DNA of 44,199 nucleotides from Eledone cirrhosa (taxonomy: Eukaryota), in the NCBI GenBank assembly GCA_964016885.1, contig CAXHJY010001428.1:1-44199 (forward strand). The letters run 5' to 3'. The position numbers were made by a program, and so were the translations under genes. Numbering within the stretch: position 1 is the first letter of the stretch; every line of letters starts with the position of its first letter. This document shows positions 23,701 to 33,625 of the stretch, piece after piece. A model generated the notes under the pieces. That model was not told the DNA's origin. It saw only the letters and a program-made list of their open reading frames with translations, and made no database searches.

Positions 23701-23805
23701 ATATCTATTCTATTAACACTTATCTGAAATTTTGTTAATGTATCTACATTAATGAGATTGACTTGTCTGTGATGTTTTTAATAAAAGTCTTCTTTCAGAA
23801 TACTC

Positions 23806-23875
<70 letters not shown>

Positions 23876-23899
23876 CCCCCACACCCTCCCACTGCAAGG

Positions 23900-24160
23900 T
23901 GGTCGTGGAGGTGCCACGGCAAAAAAGCACCCAGCCCACACTGTAAAGTGGACGTGTAGGCGCTACGAAAAAGTACCCAGCACTCATTGTAAATGAGGTT
24001 GGTGTTAGGAAGGGCATCCAGCTGTAGAAATCAAGCCAAATCAGTTCCTGTATGAGCAAGGCATGGTCAGCCGACCAGACAGTGCCCACAACAGGACAAC
24101 CCGTCTAACCCATGCTAACGTGGAAGAACGGACGTAAAACGGTGATGATGATGATGATGA
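23900..24160 (+). mobile_element. SINE-like repeat with (GAT)n tail; relatives at about 2402-2452, 4582-4690, 6075-6330, 8300-8500, 15126-15175, 18690-18805, 19390-19560, 25825-25980, 29480-29540, 36880-37030 and 38810-38900
   Basis: Shared core GGTTGGTGTTAGGAAGGGCATCCAGCTGTAGAAA and tail CCGTCTAACCCATGCTA..GTGGAA..CGGACGT..GATGATGAT. Confidence 0.8.
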
Positions 24161-24984
24161 TTAGTTGTAGCCCAGTTTTCCTTAGGACATACTGAAACAC
24201 ACACAAACAACCCCCAAAAATCTGTATTCTTTTCATTCATTAGAAAGTTACACTTTAGTTAGTTATAGAGAGGGGAAGATGGAGTAAGTGAGAGGGGGGA
24301 GTAGTATTTCCTTCTCTATGTATCGATAGCTTAATGGACGGACAGGCAGATAGCACTCTTAATAGGTTTCATTTTAGAAATTTCTAGAAAGGAGAAAAGA
24401 CACTATTGTTTTATAGTATATTATTGTAAATAGCTGAGAATTGTATATGTTGTAAATCAGGGATTATATTACTGTACAGTTATATTTTAAATAAAATACA
24501 TAAACCATAACAAAATGTCTTCATCTGATATATGTATGAAATCTTACATATATTCTGTATTTTTTTATGAATTCTTTCATGTTGTATGTACATTCTGGCA
24601 GGAAATTTATAGTATATGTATTTGTACGTATATATATAATTTTCATCATTCTCATCATCATTTTAATGTCTGCTTTCCCTGCTATATATTGGTTTCAGCA
24701 AATTTATATATCAAATGAATGTTGGTCAGAGGGGGTTAAATGTGGCTGCTATTTTTAGCAAGTTGTGATCACTTAAACACCTCCCACTTTGGTTTTACAT
24801 ATATGTATAATGGGTATTGGCCAGAGGAGGTTTTGTTGTGTTGAAGATATCCCTACTTTGTTATGTTAGGAGATTGATGAGAATCATTAATATGCGTTGG
24901 TATTATAAATATATATATATAAGTTTATCCCGAGTTCAATCGGGGGTAACCACAGTAAGGTACTCAATACAAAGCAGAGTATAA

Positions 24985-25113
24985 ATATTTGATATAGAAA
25001 AGGCTTCTACAGGACTAGAACTGTTTCATTCGGGAGAAATCATCAGGAAGCCTGCTGATTTCTCCTGGATGAAACAGTTCTAGTCCTGTAGAAGCCTTTT
25101 CTATATTAAATAT
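24985..25113. repeat. Inverted repeat with 63-bp arms and a 3-nt loop (AAG), about 4 substitutions; probably from a Penelope-like element terminus
   Basis: 24985-25047 is the reverse complement of 25051-25113; it lies in (TA)n-rich DNA. Confidence 0.9.
25001..25053 (-). ncRNA. Type I hammerhead ribozyme motif (candidate)
   Basis: Minus strand AGGCUUC-CUGAUGA-U.UUC.UCCC.GAA.U-GAA-ACAG.UUCUAGUC.CUGU-A-GAAGCCU: 7-bp stem I, intact core, 3-bp stem II closed by U-U, 4-bp stem III, GUA cleavage triplet. Confidence 0.7.
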
Positions 25114-26469
25114 ATATATATATATTATATACACACTTGTGTATAATATATACCACTAACCTAATTGCTCCCCCTTACTCCACCATTGCCTTCTCAGCCA
25201 GGCCTAGGACAACACAATGAATGCCTTAGTAATAGTGTTAGTGCCACAATAAAATGAACTCAGTCCACCCTGTCTGGTGGTAATGCTAGTGTCATGATAA
25301 AGAGCATCCAGTCCATCCTGTCAGATGGTACTGCAAGTGCCACAATAAAAAGCACCTGGTACATGCCAATGAAGTAGCTGACATTAGGAAGGGCATCTAG
25401 CTGTAGAATGAAATATATAAGCAAGATACAGTCATCTGACCTGTCATAACCTTCAACCTTTATTTGTATGAGATGGAATGGTCTGTGTTGCAACATATCA
25501 CCATCTTGCCTTGCTCTTGTTTCAACTGTGAGGCCCATAATCCTAGAATATGAAATCATCACACTTTGGTCTATGTAAATATATTGTAATAAAGAAGTTA
25601 ATATTCAGCATAAAGTGTCTGAACTTCTCTTGTGGATTGGTAGTATCGTTAGAGAGTCAGGCGCCATGCCTTGCGGCATAGAGTTACTGCCCTTTGCGTT
25701 CTGGGTTCAAATCCCACCGAGGTTAACTTTGCTTTTCATCCTTACAGAGTTGATAAAATAAGCACCAGTAATGCACTGGGGTAATTGCTGGCCTTGTGCC
25801 AAAAGTAGAAACAATTATTTTCTTACACCCACTTTCCATGTTAGTATGGGTTAGACAGGTCAGAGAACCATACCTTGTTCATATGTTCCATTTTAGCATG
25901 ATTTCTATGACTGGATGCCCTTTTTAATACCAACCACTTAGCAGATCATACTTGGTTCATTTTATCATGGCACCATCACCAAAGAGCTTGTCATGTACTC
26001 AGCAAGACGGAAGAACCTGTTCTATCCTATATTGTTTCCATTCAATCGCCAACCATTTTACAAAGTGTACTGAGTACTGTTTATCTTGGCACCAACACTG
26101 GAAAAGTTATCAAATCCTTGACAGGACTAAAGGGTCCCTTCTATCGTATGTTGCCTCAATTTATTCATTCACTACTGAGTGCATTCGATCTTATGAAATT
26201 AAATTTTGGTGGTATTAATCTAGAATTGTATGTGGAAAAAATACCAATTACTTCCATTCTGGGTGTAGATAGAAATATATACTTAGACACATGCATGGTT
26301 CTGGGTTCATTGTGCATCACCTTGGGCAGGTGTTTTCTACTATAGTCTTGGTTTGACCAATGTCTTATAAGTTGAATTTGGTAGACAGATCGTGTGGGGA
26401 AGGCCGTCGTATATTTATATATATATATATATAGACCGCCTTACCTAAATACATAGTAAAACCTACTAC

Positions 26470-26818
26470 AGCCAGTAGGCATCTCTAACAAAATACACCC
26501 CGTCCCACCCACACCACCCCGTTCTATGTAAAGTTATGTTGGTGCCGCGCCATCCGGGCCGAAACAAATGAGATCGTGTAGGTGTCACGACAAAAAAACA
26601 CACAGTCCACGCTGTAATGTGGCCGTGTAGGCAACACGGTAAAAACCTCCCAGACCCACACTGTAAATGTGGTTGGTGTTAGGAAGGGCATCCAACTGTA
26701 GAAAACCTGCCAGACAGTCCTATGCGAGCAAGACAATCACTCTTGCCTCAAGTGGGACTACCCCCGTCCAAACCCATGCAAACGTGGAACACGGACGTTA
26801 AACGTTGATGATGATGAT
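26470..26818 (+). mobile_element. Composite (GAT)n-tailed repeat, same subfamily as 39960-40547
   Basis: Near-identical blocks CAGTAGGCATCTCTA..GCCGAAACAAATGAGATCGTGTAGGTGTCACGAC..GACAGTCCTATGCGAGCAAGA..CGTGGAACACGGACG. Confidence 0.85.
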
Positions 26819-26852
26819 ATATAGTTATATAATAAACAACATTAGGCAATTA

Positions 26853-26913
26853 TTTCATTTACCAGTGGTTTCTTAAAAGCAAAAAAATTTTGCTTTCAAT
26901 CATCAGAATGAAA
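26853..26913 (-). ncRNA. Identical hammerhead ribozyme copy on the minus strand (left arm of the palindrome)
   Basis: Mirror image of 26991-27051 by the palindrome symmetry. Confidence 0.8.
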
Positions 26914-26990
26914 AAATCCTGGCGTATTTATTGATGTTGGATTTTAAAAACCCTTTTTAAAATCCAACATCAATAAATACGCCAGGATTT

Positions 26991-27051
26991 TTTCATTCTG
27001 ATGATTGAAAGCAAAATTTTTTTGCTTTTAAGAAACCACTGGTAAATGAAA
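26991..27051 (+). ncRNA. Type I hammerhead ribozyme with minimal stem III (Penelope-like type)
   Basis: UUUCAUU-CUGAUGA-[UUGAAAGCAAAA.UUU.UUUUGCUUUUAA]-GAA-ACC.ACU.GGU-A-AAUGAAA: 7-bp stem I, 12-bp stem II, short near-palindromic stem III, predicted cleavage after A27044. Confidence 0.8.
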
Positions 27052-27141
27052 TAATTGCCTAATGTTGTTTATTATATAACTATTAAGCTCTGTTACCTAC
27101 ATAGAGCACTCTTTTTTCCTGGACTTTTCCGACGGAATTAC

Positions 27142-27768
27142 TTCATTCATACATATATATATATATATATCACTCGCAACAACACAGCACGCCATTTTTT
27201 CATTCATATATAATTTTTCCCCTCGCTGTGGTTTGTCTTTTTTCTATCACCTTACTGCTATCCTCTTTCTCTCTCCCCCTTCTCTCTCCTTGTACCTCTT
27301 GCTTTCATTCACCCCCTCTGCTGGTCACACACTCTCTCGGTTGGCCTCTTCCTCACACTTTCACTCGCTCACTCTCTGCTTCTCCCCCTCTCTCACTTCC
27401 TCTCGTCTGACCTGTGTGAAATCCTTTTCTCTCTCACTTTTTGCGTGGTTCAGACGTGTCTTCCTCTTCTCGTCGATTGATTTGTTCGGACTTCAGTCCA
27501 CAAGTATCATTGACTTGTCTCTCTTTTCCTCTCTTTACGTTGCATTACTACTGTTGTTTGTTTACTGTCCTTCTTTCCCCATCCAATTCGCCCTGTCCCA
27601 ATAACTTATTTTAGTTATTGCTCGCACTGATTTTGAGGTATCTGGTCTTAATGCAAAGAAATACCAATGATAGTCAGCAGATCACTGATGATGGACAGTC
27701 CTGTTTCTCGGTCTATTTTCATTCATATATATCACACTCGCAACAACGCAGCACGTCATTTTTTCATT

Positions 27769-27790
<22 letters not shown>
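27142..27790 (+). mobile_element. Possible Penelope-like element remnant bounded by about 65-bp direct repeats
   Basis: TTCATTCATA..CACTCGCAACAAC(A/G)CAGCACG(C/T)CATTTTTTCATT at about 27142-27212 and 27718-27785. Pyrimidine-rich interior and a CTGATGA-hairpin motif at 27685. Confidence 0.4.
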
Positions 27791-27801
<11 letters not shown>

Positions 27802-28167
27802 TTCTTTCTGTACCGTAACGTAGCAGTTCGGTAGAAAGAGATCGATAAAATAGGTGTAGTGGCTGAGATGGTCGCTTGGTAACTAGCCTCCCCTTAACTT
27901 GCCTCCCCTTAACAACCCTTCAGGGAGGGGAGGCAAAAATACACCCGGACACAGCCACAGGTTCACTCACTCTTTTTGGACCACGGACATGAACAGACGT
28001 GGAAAGATCCGCTCCTCAAAATATTGACGTTGTAGGAAATTTACTAAATTATTGCATTAAATAAAATGATTGTTAGACTTGATTGTGCATTTATTTATTC
28101 GACAAAGAGAAACATCACTTTTCTTTATAGGTATCAAGTTTGAAAAAGAAAAATCACTGGGGGGCGA

Positions 28168-28248
28168 TATGGCCGTCTAAATACCGTCAAGGAGGTGCTC
28201 CACTATGGCCGTCTAAATACCGTCAAGGCGGTGCTCCACTATGACCGT
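28168..28248 (+). repeat. 36-bp tandem duplication (about 2.2 copies) inside a SINE 3' part
   Basis: TATGGCCGTCTAAATACCGTCAAGG(A/C)GGTGCTCCAC at 28168 and 28204, with a partial copy at 28240. Confidence 0.9.
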
Positions 28249-28529
28249 AGTCTAATGAATGAAAACTGTAGAAGAGTAAATAAATAACTAGTCTGAGAGA
28301 GAAAGAGTTATTTCCCCTGATAACTTTAGGCATCGTTATTCTCGGCTACTGTTTACTTAATACATATAAATATTCTTATATAATTAGTTTTTAAATCGAG
28401 AGATGGGGAATGAAAATATATAGGTATTAACGATTACACTAGACGCTATGAATTTTGTTATTTGAAAGAAATTGAAATGTTTTGATTATAATGAAACTCA
28501 CCGTCCACTGAACGATTATTAAAAATGAT

Positions 28530-28575
28530 TTCACATATTTCACGTTCAGGCCACACTGTTGTGTAAGTATTTTTT
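28530..28575 (+). promoter_or_regulatory. Shared ZNF leader module, copy D (diverged), with GTAAGT donor at 28563 (upstream of ZNF-4)
   Basis: CATATTTCACGTTCAGGCCACACTGTTGT|GTAAGTATT compared with CATATTTCACATTCAGACTACATTGATACGT|GTAAGTATT in copy E. Confidence 0.6.
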
Positions 28576-28847
28576 TATATATCAATGTTTAGTTTAGAAG
28601 TTGTTTTTCTACATACATTGATTTATTATATATCACAAAAATAAACAGACTAATATGTAAGACAAAAGAAAAAGATGAAACGTACGAAAATATCGTTGTT
28701 GCGTAAAATTGAATCTGCTATCATACTGGCACGTTCATTGTTGGTCGAAGGACTAGTTGTGACCCACAGTTCTATTGTGCCAAACATAACATTCCTCCGC
28801 CAGACTCAAAACAAGACTACACGACAGTTCTCTTTGCGTATTCCATT

Positions 28848-28991
28848 TAAATGTGTGTATATCACGACTCGTATACTGTTCACTTACCTGACATGTGTAC
28901 ATTATTCTATGTACTATACATGCACCTTTGATGAGTTGTAGTGCACCTGAGCACTGTACATAATAATTTCCATTATTATTATTATTATTAT
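28848..28991 (+). mobile_element. 3' end of the CR1-like LINE with (ATT)n tail, in the ZNF-4 intron
   Basis: Matches 35866-35970 and 16620-16730. Confidence 0.85.
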
Positions 28992-30134
28992 AAAATCAAA
29001 AACTGAATGCAAAAGAAAATGTTTAAAAGTGTTCTTTTCATTTATAACATATTCATGTTGTGTATTTCTTTACTGCACAATCACCGCGTGATAAACATGT
29101 ATTTGTTACATCGCACTCATCGTGGTGCTGATTAAAATCGCATAGCATAGTGGTCGTAATTCAGTGAGTTCGATTCCTTGACCGGATGAGCCATTGTAAT
29201 GCTTTTTTAAACGTCATATGTATGTCCAATATAAGACTAAGATGTTTTAGTCTAGAATTGAGCTGTATCTGTAGAGTCTGACAACTAATGTTTGTACCAA
29301 GTTAAGTAATCTTACTCACATCTATTATGGTGTATATTGTATTACGAAAATTATATAACTCCACAACAGTAAGACTTATGTTATACCTGGGTATTACCGA
29401 CGTTATCCAGGCGAGGCACCATAAAAATAGTGAGTTTGGGAGGACAGTAATGCTGATTAAGTAAGGAATAGGTCTATGATGGCCCATCCAACCCATGCCA
29501 TCATTGGAAAAGTGGACGTTGAATGATGATGTTGATGTCTAATTATTAAGTAACAATATCAAAAGCCAAATATAATATTAACACAACAACATACGTGTGT
29601 ATTTTTGTTTTCTTGGATCAGATGGAATATATAATAATCTTAGAATGTTCTGATGAGCTTGAAATTGTAATCAGGAATCTGAAGATCTTCAATCCAAGAT
29701 CCACATCCATAGTTATCATCATCCATTTCCATTATAACTCTATACCAGAGTGTCTTCTATATAATATGTTCTGACACTTTCTTGCTATTCCAACTTTCAA
29801 TAAAAGTGAACAAATATTTCCTCTCCAATAATCTTTGTTATCATTTCATTGGTTCTTATGTCTTATATTGTATTTTTTTAATTTCAGGTTCTCATATGAC
29901 ATTGAAATAATCATACCTAATTGAAGATGATAAACATAATTATAAACTAAAAATAACTTCACCTTTAGTGTCAGCTTATTTATACAACTATTGGTTGAAT
30001 GTTTGAAACATTTTCTTGGAGTTGAGATTATTTTCAAAATTCCTACACAAATGTTTGGTACAACATCAGACTTATCTTACAGCCAAAACATCATCTGATT
30101 TTATACAGGGAAATATAGATTAGACAAGAAAACT

Positions 30135-31304
30135 ATGGATGAGAGAGCACAGTCTGAAAATATTGACTCATCTACTCACACACAGGAAAATACAGAAATG
30201 AAATCACACCCATGTAATATCTGTGAGACGTTTTTCACAAAAGAGGATTTAATTCAACATAAATTAATTAATTCAGACACCAAGCTGTACCACTGTGAAG
30301 TTTGTGATAAAACAATCACTACAAATAGTTTACCTTGCCATAAATGTAGTCACACAGAAATAAAACTACACCACTGTGATATTTGTGGTGAACACTTTTC
30401 CACAAGTGACAGTTTATCTTCCCACAAATGTATTCACAAGCGAAAAAAATCACATAACTGTGATATCTGTGGTAAAACATTTCCTAGAAGTTGTGATTTG
30501 TCTTCCCACAAAGTTACCCACACAGGAGAAAGAGCATATCACTGTACTATCTGTGGGGAAAGGTTCACTAGAAATAGTTCTTTAACTCGCCACAAACTTA
30601 TTCACACGGGAGAAAGACCATTCAGCTGTGACATTTGTGGTCAAACATTTTCTAGAAGTTCGGATATGTCTACCCACAAACTTATTCATACAGGAGAGAA
30701 ACCATATCACTGTGTTATCTGTGGGAAAAGTTTCTCTCAACATGGCAATTTATCTTCACACAAGCGGTTGCATACTGGGGAGAAACCATACCAATGTGAT
30801 ATCTGCAATGAATCATTTTCTAGAAGTGGTTATTTGACTTCTCACAAACGTATTCATTCAGGAGACAACCCACACCAGTGTAATATCTGTGGTGAAGCAT
30901 TTCTTGAAAACAGTGCCTTATATACCCACAAACTTACCCACACAGTGGATAACCTATATGAATGTAATATATGTGGTAAGAAATTCACTAGAAATAGTTC
31001 ATTGACTCGTCACCAACATATTCACACGGGAAGAAAGAAATATAACTGTAACATTTGTGGTAAAGCATTTTCTAGAAGTACTGATATGTCTATTCATATC
31101 CGCATTCATACAGGAGAGAAACCATACCACTGTGATATCTGTGATAAAAGTTTCTCTCAAAAAGGTAATTTATCTTTACACAAACAAATCCATGTTGGAG
31201 ATAAACCATACCAATGTGATATCTGCGATGCAACATTTTCTAAAAGGGGTCATTTGTATTCTCACATAAATATTCACACAAGAGAAAAATCATTGGCAGT
31301 GTGA
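30135..31304 (+). CDS. Tandem C2H2 zinc-finger protein (ZNF-4), 389 aa, about 12 fingers plus 1 degenerate; N-terminus homologous to ZNF-2
   Basis: Intact ORF. Acceptor TTTTTTAATTTCAG ends at 29887; donor GTAAGT at 28563. Confidence 0.93.
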   Translation: MDERAQSENIDSSTHTQENTEMKSHPCNICETFFTKEDLIQHKLINSDTKLYHCEVCDKTITTNSLPCHKCSHTEIKLHHCDICGEHFSTSDSLSSHKCIHKRKKSHNCDICGKTFPRSCDLSSHKVTHTGERAYHCTICGERFTRNSSLTRHKLIHTGERPFSCDICGQTFSRSSDMSTHKLIHTGEKPYHCVICGKSFSQHGNLSSHKRLHTGEKPYQCDICNESFSRSGYLTSHKRIHSGDNPHQCNICGEAFLENSALYTHKLTHTVDNLYECNICGKKFTRNSSLTRHQHIHTGRKKYNCNICGKAFSRSTDMSIHIRIHTGEKPYHCDICDKSFSQKGNLSLHKQIHVGDKPYQCDICDATFSKRGHLYSHINIHTREKSLAV

Positions 31305-32944
31305 TGTCTGTAGTAAAACAGTCTTCCAAAATGGTTGTTTATTTCAACACATCTATTCACACAGGAGATAGACCATGGCAGTGTGATATCTGTCGTAAAA
31401 ATATTCTTTATAAGTAACAATATCTTTTATGGTAAATAAAATTGTGTTGAATTTTTATCATATTGTCATTGTTGTCATCAATGATGTTTTGACCTTTTTG
31501 ATACCAAACTGCCTGATGAAAAAATAGCTACACTGGTCATTAGGAATAACATTTTTTCATGTTCTGTTCAATTAATAAACAAAAGGGCTTCTACCATCTT
31601 TGTAGAATCCAGCTTTTCCATTTCTTAACTATGATGGTTCTTAGTACTACCACCTGGCTGTTGGATGCTTTTAGCAGAGTCTGCTTGACTAAACAATAAA
31701 AAAAGTACCCCCAACATACAAATTTTCAACAATTGCTACCCATTTCAGACTCAATTCTACGCTGTACACACTTGGTAAATATCCCCCAAAACTATCCCTT
31801 TCCATTCCAATAGTCTGATTATTTCTGCCAATCTTCTTTATATACAACTGTGTAATACACATGCGCCATTTAGGTGACTTTTTTGGAGAATATTTTCATA
31901 GTATTTATTGATTTCACTCAGACCAAACCTATGGCCAATCATTTCAACTTTTATTTCCCCTGAATGTGGGTACAATGGAGTATTCATTCAATAAAATGTT
32001 GCACCAAACAGCATTCTAGTTCTGTTTTTGTTAGCATTTCTATAAAACTATACTAAATACATAATGTGTATGTGTGTTTGCTTCGTAATGTGTATATCAA
32101 TGCATACAAATATATGAAAAAAGAAAACTACATTTGTAACATGAAAACAATACTAACTTGCACTGACATATTTGAATTTGAGATTTATTTAATTTAATAT
32201 AACATTTATTCCCTACAAAATGGTGACCCTGATGTGATTAAGCAGAGGCAGAATATGAACTAGTGCCCAAAGCTATATCTGATGTGATAAACACACACAA
32301 TTGAAACATCTTAGCATAACACTACCAATGAGATTTGAACTGATACTGACTTTCAAGTATATGATCTTTTTATCAACCATTGATACAACACAACTTCAAT
32401 TTTAGGGGTTTGACATTTTCAATATTAGTGAATTGCTTGTGAATGATATGAACTCACATCAATATATTGTATTTGGGGCTTAATTAATTTAATACTCTAG
32501 TAGAATAAATATATTTCCATCGTTATTGACAGCACATGTATACTAATATATACACATTTACAAGGTCTGTAAAAAAAGTATCTGATCTTCGGCTTCTTTG
32601 TGCACTTATTCCTGGGAGGGTTGTGGGGGCAGTCCTTAAGCATGCCTTCCAGCAAGTCCTGTGTGAAGCAGCCATCTTCAATTGATCTGGCTGGATCCTT
32701 AAATGAGACCAGCCAAGCTATTGGCTGTTATCCAACCATCTTGCTCTGGGTCTCCTGTGAAAATAAATTATGTACTTTGTGGGGATAATCCCCATTAAAG
32801 TAAACCCTTTTGTGCTGCCTCACACTTAGACCAGTGATCCTTCTACTGTTTGAAGCACATCTGGACTACTGTGTTTGGAATGGCTCTCAGCTCCACTGTT
32901 GCAGTCTGTGGAAGCCTTTCAGTGGCATTGTTATTTTGGGGAAG

Positions 32945-33625
32945 ATGCACAGGAGCAATCGACTTCGGAAACAAGGGGTAGATGAGTGGCTTGTGAGGGT
33001 GTTACAAGCCATGTACAGATTGCAGTCAGCAAGGTTAGTGTAAACAATGAGTATCGTGAGGAATATGGCAATCCACCATGGCTCTGTTCTCAGCCTTCTG
33101 TCTATTATCATCCTCTAGGCCATAACATTAGTTTTAAACAAGCTGCCTGTGGAAACTCCTATATGTCGATGATCGTGTCCTTATGGTTGAATCTGCAGCA
33201 GAATTAGAGAAGAAATTCCCGGTCTGGAAACAAAATTTTGAATCAAAAGGTTTTAAAGACTAAAGTCCTAGTAAGTAGAATGGAAAATAAAGCCCTGATT
33301 TTTCAAAGGAAATGGCCTTGCTCAGGGTACACAAGAAATGTAACGGAATCCCAGGCAGGCTATAAAGAATATAGACTTTGTGTGTGATCAATGCCCAAGA
33401 GCAGTAAACATCAAGTTCCCACATGAATAAAGCTCTATCAAATGCTCAGAGGGCTCCTATGAAGTAGTTGATAACTTCTGTTACCTGGGTGACTAAATTC
33501 ATAGTGCAGGTGGGTGTTCTGAAATACAGCAGCCAGAGTGAGAATGGGGTGGAATACATTCAGGGAGCCACTACCACTGTTAGTTACTAAAGGTTTTGCC
33601 CTCAAAATAAAAGGCAGATTGTATA
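32945..33625 (+). mobile_element. RTE-like LINE RT fragment, 5' piece (decayed), interrupted by the CR1-like LINE
   Basis: LRKQGVDEWLVRVLQAMY.., HHGSVLS, WKLLYVDD, ELEKKFPVWKQNFESKG, NFCYLG and KGFALKIKGRLY, with frameshifts. Confidence 0.85.

Larger units (their letters stand above)
26821..27083. repeat. Perfect palindrome: 130-bp arms with a 3-nt loop (CCC, 26951-26953)
   Basis: 26821-26950 is the exact reverse complement of 26954-27083, checked by eye including homopolymer lengths. Confidence 0.97.

Noticed and set aside
29641-29682. CTGATGA-GCTT-GAAA-TTGTAA-TC hammerhead-like core
   Set aside because: Stem II is essentially absent and stem I has several mismatches; it could arise by chance in AT-rich DNA.
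32559-32590. TACAAGGTCTGTAAAAAAAGTA, resembling the mariner terminus at 7195
   Set aside because: No partner inverted repeat or transposase remnant was found nearby.
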